This document shows, piece after piece, positions 1 to 9,908 of a DNA stretch of 26,648 nt. Within the stretch, counting starts at the first letter, position 1, and each line of letters begins with the position of its first letter. The position numbers and the translations under genes are program-made. Location: positions 1-26,648 of IMG/VR virus record IMGVR_UViG_3300037419_001205. The stretch is one strand, 5' to 3'. The notes under the pieces were generated by a model. The model did not search any database. It saw nothing but the letters and a program-made list of their open reading frames with translations, and was not told where the DNA came from. Source of the DNA: a virus. Lineage: Duplodnaviria; Caudoviricetes.

Positions 1-95
1 CCATCTCTTTTATCTGCTTTAACTTTTAGGTCATAAAAGCCTTCAATGGTTTCAGATTTAAGGTTAATGAATTCTTTATTATCCAAAATACTCAT
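1..95 (-). CDS. Hypothetical phage protein, 5' part only (MSILDNKEFINLKSETIEGFYDLKVKADKRD...), runs off the window
   Basis: ATG at 95 preceded by AGGAGGT RBS; frame open to the window edge. Confidence 0.7.
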   Translation of the reverse strand, partial: MSILDNKEFINLKSETIEGFYDLKVKADKRD

Positions 96-132
96 AACTT
101 ACCTCCTATATTAAGATAAAATTGTCGCTTTA

Positions 133-486
133 TTAAAATCCAACACTAACTTCATATTCCTGTTTCAACTTTTCCTCTAACTCATCTATCCGGTATTCTT
201 TATTCAACTCTTGATACCTAACTTCATCTTTCACAAACCACTCAACTGTAGCACCTTTGAAATTTCTGATGGATACAATTCGGTGTTTCTTAGGATCTAC
301 TACAATATCCATGTTCCCGTAGTGGTACAAATCCCACTTATCGAAGAAAAGATATGGTGATTTGACTGCCAATTGAACGTTGCGTGTTAATTTCCTCATA
401 GCCAATGAACGATTGACATGTTTGTTGCCTTTGACATATGTGCGATATGATTCCAACACTTTGTTGCTGATGTGATACAATTGCAT
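133..486 (-). CDS. Hypothetical phage protein, 117 aa
   Basis: ORF with AAAGGAGG RBS and its own sigma-A-like promoter; no recognised domain. Confidence 0.8.
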   Translation of the reverse strand: MQLYHISNKVLESYRTYVKGNKHVNRSLAMRKLTRNVQLAVKSPYLFFDKWDLYHYGNMDIVVDPKKHRIVSIRNFKGATVEWFVKDEVRYQELNKEYRIDELEEKLKQEYEVSVGF

Positions 487-513
487 ATGTATATATTCAA
501 CCTCCTTTATTCT

Positions 514-546
514 AGGAAGTGATTGTTTAAGTGGTAATCACTTCCT
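514..546 (-). other. 5'-UTR stem-loop
   Basis: AGGAAGTGATT...AATCACTTCCT 11-bp inverted repeat between promoter and RBS; no U-tract on the minus strand. Confidence 0.55.
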
Positions 547-557
547 TTGTTAGTCTT

Positions 558-598
558 AGTATACTACGGTTGTACTATTTTGTAAATGATATTTTTAT
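558..598 (-). promoter_or_regulatory. sigma-A-type promoter with conserved 18-bp box over the -35
   Basis: TTTACA-17-TATACT; box ATAAAAATATCATTTACA at 581-598. Confidence 0.75.
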
Positions 599-600
599 AT

Positions 601-2847
601 TTATTGCCAGTTATCTAATAAATCTTTAAGGAACGTTTGCTTGGTCTTAACTTCACTTTTAGAGATAGCATACCTTAACGACTTATTCTCAGATACCACT
701 GAACAATACTTCTTCGCTCTCGTAACTCCAGTATATGCTTGTTCTTTGTTTAACAGTTTATATGCAGAATGATCTAGACCATAAATTACAACGTCAAATT
801 GCGAACCTTGTGATGAATGAGTGGTTATACAATAGCCAAGTTCAATACCACCTAGAGCTTCTTTGTTAATGAAGATTTCCCCCACACCTGAGAAATCAAC
901 AATGAGAGTCTTCATTTCCTCATCTACTTCTTTAACTATTCCAATGTAACCATTGTAAATAGGAGTGATAACACCATTTCTATTTAGCGTTTTATAGTTG
1001 TTTTTACGGTTAATGACTTTATCTCCAATTCTAATATCAAACTCCTTTTTATCTTTGACAAGGGTAATACTTTTTGTGGTTAAACCCTTCTTGATAGGAT
1101 TGTAGATATCTTGCAACCTTAAATTTAAAGGATAGCAACTTGTTTCTCCTCTATCTTTCATGGGTACTATAACTTGTAACTCTAAGATGTTATCCATTTT
1201 CCCAAGCCAATGGACAAACTGTTCCTCAATCATTTTAGGTACTCTAGATCTATTTTGTGTAATGTTTATTTCACAATCCTGCAATTCTCCAATAATCAAC
1301 TGTCCTGTGAAGTTTCTGTCAAACAATTGCTCTTTGTTACGCATTTTTAAACTAGTCTCAATGATACCGGATTTCGCTGCTTGACGGTGAATCTTTGTTA
1401 ATTGGCAACTTTTAATGGTGTCACTTTTAAGTAAGTCATTTAAGATATTCATGACACCAATGCTCTCTAACTGACCTTCATCGCCCAATAGGATTAATTT
1501 TGTACCGGATTTAATGGCTGATATTAGTTTGAAAAAAATCTCCCCACCAAGCATCGACAATTCGTCCACCACAACTATATCAACGTCTAATGGATTATCT
1601 TTGTTATATTGAAAGCCTGTAGTTGGATTATACCCAAGTAGCCTATGAATAGTAAACCCTTCCTCACCTGTAATTTCTTGCATTCTAGATGCTGCTCTAC
1701 CACTTAATGCTGTTTGAGCGAAACTGTAGCCTGACAATACTTCTGTCATAGCACCAACCGTACTCGTTTTTCCAGTACCTCCGAAACCAGTTACGACTAG
1801 GACTTGATTATATAATAGTTCTTTAATAGCGTTTAATTGTTCATCTGTATATGACCAACCCTGTTCTTCTTCAATACGTTTAACTTTTTGCTCCCAATTG
1901 TTAAACTTAAAGTTGTTAGGAGAATCCTTTAGTCTAATTAATTCTGCTGCGATTCTTTTTTCTAGGTTGTAAATCTTCCGAAGTGCAATGTAACGTTTGT
2001 CATCCTTATTAAACACATAGAATGCATCATTACTTTTAATCATCTCACCAAATATTTTATAGTCTAATCCTTCAGTTTCTTCTTCCACCTGATACATAAA
2101 CTCACAGGCATCAACATAACTATGTCCTTGATTTGCATATTCTTGAAGAATATATTGGGATAAGTAAAGCAATCTCTGTGGATTATTCGCAGTATAACCA
2201 TTCTGGTATGCGATGGAGTCAGCCTTTTTAAAGCCTATTCCATCAACTTCATCTGCTAATATGTATGGGTTCTCCTTAATCTTTTCAATTAATATTTCAG
2301 GACTTCCATATGCATCAACGAGTTTTTCAATTGTGTTTTTGGTGAGATTATAAGTGTCCAATGTGATATAAGCCTTAGAATAGTCTATACTAGAGAACAC
2401 TTTTTCGACTATTCTTTGTGCTGTATAAAAACCTATTCCTTTTACTTGACATAACTTTTCAATTTCTTTTGCCTGAATCACACTTATAGGATCTTCAAAT
2501 GCTTGATACAGATTGTTAATTTGATTTTCAGTTAGAACTTTAGACAGAAAAATTTTCTGTTCACTCTCAGTTGTGAGAGAAGAGGGTTGCCCGATCCATT
2601 TTATATTGAATTGTTTCCCCCACTTTGGATCATCAACAGGTTCGGCTAAAATAGTGTAAACTTCTTTTGGTTGAATTTCACACATTGTTCCTTTGAATAT
2701 TGCTGACCCTCGTTTTCCTTCTCCCTCTAATATTTCCACTATATCAAAACTCACTATACCAAACTCCCCAGTGACGAGGGGAGTTCTCGGAAATAATTTA
2801 TAATCAAATACTGCTTTACACTTAATATATTTATTCTTATCTTCCAT
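601..2847 (-). CDS. recD2: RecD2-like SF1B DNA helicase
   Basis: HhH motifs (VKGIG, VDGIGFKKAD), Walker A GFGGTGKT, VVDELSM, LLGDEGQL, IHRQA, C-terminal TTHSSQGSQF and YTGVTRAK. Confidence 0.92.
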   Translation of the reverse strand: MEDKNKYIKCKAVFDYKLFPRTPLVTGEFGIVSFDIVEILEGEGKRGSAIFKGTMCEIQPKEVYTILAEPVDDPKWGKQFNIKWIGQPSSLTTESEQKIFLSKVLTENQINNLYQAFEDPISVIQAKEIEKLCQVKGIGFYTAQRIVEKVFSSIDYSKAYITLDTYNLTKNTIEKLVDAYGSPEILIEKIKENPYILADEVDGIGFKKADSIAYQNGYTANNPQRLLYLSQYILQEYANQGHSYVDACEFMYQVEEETEGLDYKIFGEMIKSNDAFYVFNKDDKRYIALRKIYNLEKRIAAELIRLKDSPNNFKFNNWEQKVKRIEEEQGWSYTDEQLNAIKELLYNQVLVVTGFGGTGKTSTVGAMTEVLSGYSFAQTALSGRAASRMQEITGEEGFTIHRLLGYNPTTGFQYNKDNPLDVDIVVVDELSMLGGEIFFKLISAIKSGTKLILLGDEGQLESIGVMNILNDLLKSDTIKSCQLTKIHRQAAKSGIIETSLKMRNKEQLFDRNFTGQLIIGELQDCEINITQNRSRVPKMIEEQFVHWLGKMDNILELQVIVPMKDRGETSCYPLNLRLQDIYNPIKKGLTTKSITLVKDKKEFDIRIGDKVINRKNNYKTLNRNGVITPIYNGYIGIVKEVDEEMKTLIVDFSGVGEIFINKEALGGIELGYCITTHSSQGSQFDVVIYGLDHSAYKLLNKEQAYTGVTRAKKYCSVVSENKSLRYAISKSEVKTKQTFLKDLLDNWQ

Positions 2848-2870
2848 TCATAATACCTCCTTTCATGCTC

Positions 2871-5800
2871 TTATAATTGTGTTCTCTCAAGTGTTAAACT
2901 TAGATTACCTTCGGAATCAATATCATCAATCAAAGCAATCGTGTGTTGATATATGCTATTTTTATATGTACGTGGGATAAAATTGTTTCCTCTTCGGAAC
3001 CCAGACACCATGATTTTTTGACCACGACCAAACCAACTTTTTTCTAATACTTCCTTTTTACCTTCGCTGTTGGTTTGGGAAATCTGTTTTGAATAATGAC
3101 TGAAGGCTCCTGCATAAAACTTAATCGTAACTACTCCATCAGGAGTCAATAAAGATACTGTATGCTTATTTTTATCTTTGTTTAGAACTGTGCCAATAAG
3201 TCTACTGATTTCAAATTCCTTTATTTCTCTGCCTCGATGAATATATGTATTAATGACTTTTGGTTCTTCAGGGAGTTCGTTAAAATTGATTATTCCATAT
3301 TTATCTTTGTTGGTATGGGCTAACTCATGGTCGTGATAATAAAACGTCAAAGCTGACATCTCCCATTTTGAAATTCCACCACTACAATACTTATCCCATT
3401 CATTTTGAAAGAGTTTTCGATTTAATCTATCTAATACTTCTTGTTTGCTAATCCACTCTTTAACTGTTTCCATATATCTATCATACTCTTTTTTGAATTT
3501 CTTCTCTGATATTACAAGTTGTCCGTTTACATAATCGTTTACACATTCCTCGGAGAAATGATCATTAAAAAATTGAGTGGCAATATCATCAAGAATAAAA
3601 AGTCTATCTTTAGGTTTCTCAACTGTTTTATAGACCTTTTTAGATATATAACCCTTAAACTTAAATAATCGCACGTAGAAGTTCATTTCATCTGGGATGA
3701 TTTCATTCTCAATAAGCATACTGAAGTTCTGCATATTAAGTTTTGTCTTTGGCTCACAAATCATATTAATAAACTGTTCCATAATCTTTACACGATTTTC
3801 ATATGAATCAAAAGATCCTGCTTTAATTAGTTGAATTAATTGTCCTTTCTTCACTATGGACGTGTTGTACAATCGCTCCACAAAATCTTCAAATGAACTA
3901 TAAGGTCTGTTTTGTATTATTTGATGGATAACTTCATCTCCAACACCATTTAAACCCTTCAACCCGAAAACAATACTATTATTCTCTAAGTCTGGAATAA
4001 AACCGAATCCTGCTTTATTAATATCCGGTAAATCAATCTTAATCTCTTTTGAACGGATACTCCCTATTGCAGCAGCCACTTTACCATAATCAGTGGAACG
4101 TGATTTTTTATTTGTCTCATCCTCATCTTCACTGTCTGAATTATTATCTTCAGTATCAATACCTCCACTGTTTACAGTCAGACAAGCAGTATTCCAGTAT
4201 AGTGGATTGTAATGATAATTTAGATTTAGCTCCTGCAAGGCAATTACAGAATATGCTAATGTATGAAGAATACTAAAAGCATAGCCTAATTGACGCTTAA
4301 TCTGTACATTCCACACATAATTAAGAAGGTTATCACTTGTGCCTAACTTTCTTCCTTCCTCAAAAAATAATTGTTGTGCTTCAGCAAGTGATTTTTTATC
4401 ACGTTTTGCAATTGCTTTTCTTAATTTGTTTGCTTGTTTTACATCAAACCCTGATACCTTATTATCCATACTAAGAAGCATAACAGACTCTTGAGTATCA
4501 GCCACACCATATAGTTTTAATAAGTGTTTTTCCATGATCTTAATTTCATCATCATTAAGTCCATTTTCACGCATTTCGTCATACCAAAGTTTAATGTTGT
4601 TCTTATGTTTGATGAATGTATCAATGGGCTGTACATCACTGTCCGACATTAACCTCATGAGTGAATTTGCTGATGCCATTTCTAATAAATTGTATGGTTT
4701 AACTTTGATGGCTGCTTGATACCCTACATCTGTTGAAAATTGGAATAAATCTAATACTGATCCTTCTCCCAACATTTCATATATCCTTGGGTTTTCTCTT
4801 TCAATTACTTCAGGATGTAAGTATTTTTTAAAGGTTTCCCTTAATGAGCCTTGCCATTCAATCTCACCATACTGTAAAAGCATATCTAATGTTGTTCTTA
4901 TCTTATCTAGAGCTTCAATGGTTAAAAGGTCAAATTTAATATTCCCTACTGCTTGGGAGTCATCTAAGTTAAACTGTGTAATAGGCAATCCATTTGGAGC
5001 CTTCATAAGTGCATTAGACTTATAATAGTCTTCATTAAATAAAATAACACCACCAGCATGAATACTTCTCTTGTTAATCTTTCCTTCTATCTTTAAAGCC
5101 GTTTCTTTCAGTCCTTCGTATTTTTCAATTTCATTGATGAACTCTTTCACAGGTTTTCGGTCTTCTTTTTCATTCCCATATAAACAATCAGATAAAGACC
5201 AGTTCTGACCTCTTTCAAAGGGGATTAAACCACTAATATACAAGCTTGTATCTGAATCAATTCCAAGTCCTCTCGCAGCCGTTTGTATTGCGGATTTTGA
5301 ACCTTCAGTACCAAATGTACAGACTTGAAGAATCCGATTATCTCCAAATTTACGTTTTAACGCTTGAATGATCTGAGGACGTTTCCCTGCTTCTGTATCT
5401 ATGTCAATATCTAAAGCCCCTATGTCCGGTCTGCTTCGGTGTAAGTGTCTCCAGTGAGGCATTTCTACGCCATACTCAAGTGGATTAATTTGAGTGATTC
5501 CCAATAAGAAACAAATCAAAAATCCACTTGAACTCCCTCGACCACTTCCCACTAGACTATTCCCACAATCATCTTCCCAAATGACATTAATGATTTCTCG
5601 TACAGTGATGTAGTAAGAAGACATTGCTTGTTGCAACTGTTGACTAATTTCCCATAACTCACCTAATTCAATATTAATCCTTGCTAAGATTTCATGGAAT
5701 TTTTCTCTAGATAAAACATTTCGAGGGATATATTCATCAAACCCATCTTCAATTAACTTAATAATGTATCTATCTTGATCATTATTTGAATGAGCCATCT

Positions 5801-6827
5801 TTTGCATGTAATCATACTGTTGATAAGCAGGTTGAAATATATGGCGAATCTCGAATTCCGGTAAACCAATCTTAGGGATAATTGTCTCGTGTTCTATAGT
5901 GTAATCCTCAATCAATTCACCAAGCAACAAAGTGTTATTCAATGCTTCATCAATAATATTTTTATCTATATAGTGCATTCTTTCATATATTTCTTCTTGT
6001 GTTTGGAGAAAGCAAGCCTCATAAAACGAGTCAATTTCCCTTTCCCCATTTTTTGCATTAAGAAACGCTTTATGTACAATTCGATCTTCAGGACGTAAGT
6101 AATGTGTATCAGTAGATATAATTCGTTTTAGTCCATAATAATCTGCAATCGCAATTAATTTTTGATTACAATAAATTTGCTCACCACTTAATGCTGGTTG
6201 AAGTTCAATAAAGAAAGCATCTTGTCCAAATATATCAATACACCATAGTATAAACTCATGAAGTTTAAGCTTATGGTACTTTACTGTTTCTAAATCGTTT
6301 CTCGTTTCAGCGTCTCTAATGGCGAGTAAATGTATGTTAACTTCTGAACCTAAACAAGCACTAGAAGCGATTAAGTGACCTTTATTCTCTTTAACGACCC
6401 TTTCTAAATCACCTTTAGTTGTAGGCACACGTTCCATTGTTCCAGTATAGAAAGAATTTTGCCAAGCTAAACTGCTTAATAAACGCAATTGTTCATGTCC
6501 AATCTTATCTCGACTTAAAATTAAGAAGTGAGGGAATTTAGTTACTCCAGATTTGTAATTATCTTTAACACTTTCAATATCATTACAAAGATATATTTCG
6601 TTTCCAAGTATGAGTTTAAAGCCTTCTGGAATTTTCTTTTTTTCTTTTAATTCTCTTGTTTTTTTTATTGCTTGAACGTGTGCTGAAACCGTTTCATGAT
6701 CTGATATTGCTATACCTTTATAGCCTATATTTGCTGCGGTTAAAATTAAATCTTCTACTGAATTAGTGCAATCTAATAAGCGCAAATTCGAGTAATCTGT
6801 GTGATTGTGGCAATTAATGAAACACAT
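2871..6827 (-). CDS. dnaE: DNA polymerase III alpha subunit (SPbeta YorL-like); start reassigned to ATG 6827
   Basis: PHP domain (HNHTDYS, SDHE, TDTHY), GSGRGSS, catalytic DIDID, HAGGV, KFDLL; AAGGAGG RBS before ATG 6827; the longer ORF start lies inside the upstream gene. Confidence 0.95.
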   Translation of the reverse strand: MCFINCHNHTDYSNLRLLDCTNSVEDLILTAANIGYKGIAISDHETVSAHVQAIKKTRELKEKKKIPEGFKLILGNEIYLCNDIESVKDNYKSGVTKFPHFLILSRDKIGHEQLRLLSSLAWQNSFYTGTMERVPTTKGDLERVVKENKGHLIASSACLGSEVNIHLLAIRDAETRNDLETVKYHKLKLHEFILWCIDIFGQDAFFIELQPALSGEQIYCNQKLIAIADYYGLKRIISTDTHYLRPEDRIVHKAFLNAKNGEREIDSFYEACFLQTQEEIYERMHYIDKNIIDEALNNTLLLGELIEDYTIEHETIIPKIGLPEFEIRHIFQPAYQQYDYMQKMAHSNNDQDRYIIKLIEDGFDEYIPRNVLSREKFHEILARINIELGELWEISQQLQQAMSSYYITVREIINVIWEDDCGNSLVGSGRGSSSGFLICFLLGITQINPLEYGVEMPHWRHLHRSRPDIGALDIDIDTEAGKRPQIIQALKRKFGDNRILQVCTFGTEGSKSAIQTAARGLGIDSDTSLYISGLIPFERGQNWSLSDCLYGNEKEDRKPVKEFINEIEKYEGLKETALKIEGKINKRSIHAGGVILFNEDYYKSNALMKAPNGLPITQFNLDDSQAVGNIKFDLLTIEALDKIRTTLDMLLQYGEIEWQGSLRETFKKYLHPEVIERENPRIYEMLGEGSVLDLFQFSTDVGYQAAIKVKPYNLLEMASANSLMRLMSDSDVQPIDTFIKHKNNIKLWYDEMRENGLNDDEIKIMEKHLLKLYGVADTQESVMLLSMDNKVSGFDVKQANKLRKAIAKRDKKSLAEAQQLFFEEGRKLGTSDNLLNYVWNVQIKRQLGYAFSILHTLAYSVIALQELNLNYHYNPLYWNTACLTVNSGGIDTEDNNSDSEDEDETNKKSRSTDYGKVAAAIGSIRSKEIKIDLPDINKAGFGFIPDLENNSIVFGLKGLNGVGDEVIHQIIQNRPYSSFEDFVERLYNTSIVKKGQLIQLIKAGSFDSYENRVKIMEQFINMICEPKTKLNMQNFSMLIENEIIPDEMNFYVRLFKFKGYISKKVYKTVEKPKDRLFILDDIATQFFNDHFSEECVNDYVNGQLVISEKKFKKEYDRYMETVKEWISKQEVLDRLNRKLFQNEWDKYCSGGISKWEMSALTFYYHDHELAHTNKDKYGIINFNELPEEPKVINTYIHRGREIKEFEISRLIGTVLNKDKNKHTVSLLTPDGVVTIKFYAGAFSHYSKQISQTNSEGKKEVLEKSWFGRGQKIMVSGFRRGNNFIPRTYKNSIYQHTIALIDDIDSEGNLSLTLERTQL

Positions 6828-6857
6828 GCGTTTCCTCCTTATCTTTTGTTTAATTAA

Positions 6858-6886
6858 ATTATAATTGATATTTTTATATTTGTAAA
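6858..6886 (-). promoter_or_regulatory. Internal dnaE promoter containing a 2-mismatch copy of the 18-bp box
   Basis: TTTACA-17-TATAAT; ATAAAAATATCAATTATA at 6860-6877. Confidence 0.75.
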
Positions 6887-6887
6887 C

Positions 6888-6914
6888 AAAAAAGGAAGAT
6901 CTCTCTCCCTTTTT
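6888..6914 (-). terminator. Probable intrinsic terminator after the RecJ-like gene
   Basis: AAAAAGGGAGAGAGATCTTCCTTTTTT hairpin with U-tract. Confidence 0.55.
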
Positions 6915-8610
6915 AGAATACATATTCCTTCTTTCCGACCTTAACAACATTATAATCCTCTATTACCAATTGTGGCTTAACAACCCCGTTGTATTCATTA
7001 ATTCCACATTTCACTACAATGTCCATTGTGACATTTTCACCTTTTGATAACTCAGTATACTCTTCCTCACTGGATTTGAATCTGATGAACTCTATTCCCC
7101 TAGATGTAAATTTCAACACATTCTTCTTTTGCCCATTGTCTATGTCAGATGTATTTACTTGAATATCTTTAATTAATAACAATGGCTCTCCGACTGTGTT
7201 GCCCCAAACATCTCTAAGTTGAGCAATATCTTTTACAATACTTTCATTAATTTGATTCGAAGGAATAACAAAGTCAACTTCATACACGTTTTCATTTAAA
7301 ACATGTGATAATTTTTCATTTAATATGTCATTCACCTCAACTAAATTATCTTTATGTATGTTAATGCCAAATGCATTCTCATGACCTTCACAAAAGATAA
7401 ATTTATTTGTATCAATCAAAAAATTTCTAAAATCCTTTATCTCATGCTTATCATAACCTCGTCCTGATCCACCATAGACATCTTCTTCATGATATCTAAC
7501 AAGCAAACAGGGACGTTTATATTTGCTTACCAGTTGATTAGCTACAAGTCCGGTTAGTGATTGCTCTAAAATATCACTAACGTTTACTATTAATATTTTA
7601 TTTTTATCTAAATCACGTTCTTCGATTCTCTCTTCAATTAACTTTAGTCCTTTGTCTCTAAGTCTGTTTTGTCTAGCTCTAACATTGCCCATAATTCTAG
7701 CCATAGCAACTGCAATGTGTTCACTCTCTGCTTTTTTCTGATTGAATATATGTTCTTTACTTTCTAGTAATGCTTTCATCATATCAATCTTTTCTAACAC
7801 ATTGCCCACTCGAACTGTAGCGTTGATCAATGGGGCAATATAAAAAAGTACAGTCGTGATATTAATAATCCCTTTTGTTGAGAACTCCTGTTTCTTAAAG
7901 AGTTCTTTTAATAATGGGTTGTTGATTTGCTTTAGTCCTTCAAGAACATAATACCTTGTTTCTAATTCCCTAAGATCCATAGAATCGGAAGCGTTACCCA
8001 CTGCCACCAAGTCCAAAAAATAATCTGCAAATTTTACATTTATGTAGTTATCTAATGCTTGGCAAAACTTATATACAATACCAGCCCCAGATAAATTTTT
8101 ATTTGGATAATTAGGAGAAAGTTGATTGTTGACCACAATAGCATAATTAGACTCTCGTTCACAAAGATGGTGGTCAAGAACAATAACATCGATGCCTTTC
8201 TCACAGAGTTTTTGATGTTCTTCGTATTGGTTTGACCCTGCATCTGGGATAATAACAAGTTTAGTTCCTGAAGGAATTGTTTCTAAATCGACTCCATGCA
8301 CTTTGCCTTCTCTAATTCTCCAAACAATATCACTTTTGGGGTAGACTCTTGATAAATAGTTAATCAAAATTGCTGACGAACAATAGCCATCTGAATCTTC
8401 GTCCACTTGTATATAAATTCTATCTTCATTATTTAAATGGTTTAACAAACACTCAACAGCTTTATCAATGTTCTTCAATAACTTCCAACTGTGTGTGTGA
8501 CTTTCTTGTACATTTAAGAAACTTTGCACATCTTCAATCCCTCTATTATTAAGGATTGTTTTTACAGGATCAATTAAATAGTCGTTCGAACCAATTAATC
8601 TGTACTTCAT
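6913..8610 (-). CDS. recJ: RecJ/DHH-family ssDNA exonuclease (YorK-like)
   Basis: DEDSDG, PDAG, LDHH, SGAG, APLINA, GSGRG and GHENAFG motifs; synteny. Confidence 0.9.
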   Translation of the reverse strand: MKYRLIGSNDYLIDPVKTILNNRGIEDVQSFLNVQESHTHSWKLLKNIDKAVECLLNHLNNEDRIYIQVDEDSDGYCSSAILINYLSRVYPKSDIVWRIREGKVHGVDLETIPSGTKLVIIPDAGSNQYEEHQKLCEKGIDVIVLDHHLCERESNYAIVVNNQLSPNYPNKNLSGAGIVYKFCQALDNYINVKFADYFLDLVAVGNASDSMDLRELETRYYVLEGLKQINNPLLKELFKKQEFSTKGIINITTVLFYIAPLINATVRVGNVLEKIDMMKALLESKEHIFNQKKAESEHIAVAMARIMGNVRARQNRLRDKGLKLIEERIEERDLDKNKILIVNVSDILEQSLTGLVANQLVSKYKRPCLLVRYHEEDVYGGSGRGYDKHEIKDFRNFLIDTNKFIFCEGHENAFGINIHKDNLVEVNDILNEKLSHVLNENVYEVDFVIPSNQINESIVKDIAQLRDVWGNTVGEPLLLIKDIQVNTSDIDNGQKKNVLKFTSRGIEFIRFKSSEEEYTELSKGENVTMDIVVKCGINEYNGVVKPQLVIEDYNVVKVGKKEYVF

Positions 8611-8614
8611 TTTA

Positions 8615-9883
8615 TCATCCCTCTGTTATTTTTATTTCTTTATTTAAAATCTCCTCAATCTTATGGAAGTTCCAATATGGGATTCTGAGCAATGGGATAT
8701 TTTTCAAAGTACAATATGTATTTTTAATTTTGTCATGTCTAACAATAATTTCATGTCCATCATCTTCGAACTGCTTTTTAAAATGGAATTCCCCATCATA
8801 CTCAATTAATAATTTTAATTTATTTTTGGTATTAAAAATTGCAAAATCAAATCTGAGCAATCCCCCTCCAATCCCTAATAAATCATCAAATGAAAACTGA
8901 GGGATAAAATTAATACTATTTTTTTCCAAAAATAGACGTACTGCTTTTTCTCCTTTAGATTCATTGCAAACTGAACATCCGTTTCCTGCAATTGCTCTGC
9001 TTTTTACTTCCGCTTCCCATACATTATCGCAATTTTCATTAGAGCATATCCACCATGCCTTTTTATGACTTCCAGATGTTACTTGATGGGGTGAAATTTC
9101 ATTGAACGTAATATGCCATTCTTTTGTTAGTTCTGGATGTGTAGTAGCCAAGCAATTAGTATGATTAACTCTCCTACCCGAACAATAAGGACATCCACAC
9201 TTCAGTTTGCTGCCAATTGTCATATCATAATCACTTTCACAATCAGGACATAGCCACCATACTCTTTTCCCTGATCCATAAGTTATATTAAAAGGAGTTA
9301 AACTTTTGTTTTTAATTGGATGCCATTCTTCAAATAAATGTGGATGTGTGGTGGCTAAACAGTTAGTATGGTTAACTTGACTATTAGAACAATAAACGCA
9401 ATCTTGCTTATTATAAACTCTTTGAAATGGTGATAATTCATAATCGCTTTGACAATCTGGGCAAATCCACCAATATTTTATATCACTACCCGAAGAAACT
9501 TGCTCTGGAATTCTCTCATTTCTTTCCGAATTCCATTCACAAACTAAATTTGGAGCAACATATGCTAATGAATTTTCAAATAGTACATTGTCGAGACGTT
9601 TATTAGATATTTTCCTTCCGCTACACTCACGACAATAATCTGTACCATCTCCTTTTTCACGGTGATAAATTATACTGTAATAATGCTGTAATCCACAGTC
9701 GACTCCACAGTAGTCACATATTTTAGGCACCTTGAAGTCGCTGCCTTTTGGCAAATCTTCTATCTTTACTTCAATAATTGTTCCTTTCGCAACTCTTAAT
9801 CTATCTCTCTTATCCAATCTACGAGGAATTAAGTAACCTTTACTTTCATAATGTTGCAGATTTTTACCACTAACATTGACCAT
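8615..9883 (-). CDS. Zn-ribbon repeat protein with C-terminal PD-(D/E)xK (Vsr/DUF559-like) endonuclease; probable free-standing homing endonuclease
   Basis: Three EW..GS..K.WW.C..C...C..C repeats plus N-terminal CxxC pairs; C-terminal SKGE...FDF...IEYDGEFH...D..KN.YC.....LLRIPYW. Confidence 0.8.
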   Translation of the reverse strand: MVNVSGKNLQHYESKGYLIPRRLDKRDRLRVAKGTIIEVKIEDLPKGSDFKVPKICDYCGVDCGLQHYYSIIYHREKGDGTDYCRECSGRKISNKRLDNVLFENSLAYVAPNLVCEWNSERNERIPEQVSSGSDIKYWWICPDCQSDYELSPFQRVYNKQDCVYCSNSQVNHTNCLATTHPHLFEEWHPIKNKSLTPFNITYGSGKRVWWLCPDCESDYDMTIGSKLKCGCPYCSGRRVNHTNCLATTHPELTKEWHITFNEISPHQVTSGSHKKAWWICSNENCDNVWEAEVKSRAIAGNGCSVCNESKGEKAVRLFLEKNSINFIPQFSFDDLLGIGGGLLRFDFAIFNTKNKLKLLIEYDGEFHFKKQFEDDGHEIIVRHDKIKNTYCTLKNIPLLRIPYWNFHKIEEILNKEIKITEG

Positions 9884-9908
9884 AATAGTTGAAATCCCAA
9901 TTGCGATT

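Noticed and set aside
6828-6950. 41-aa N-terminal extension of DnaE
   Set aside because: Spans the recJ end, a terminator and a promoter; the RBS supports ATG 6827
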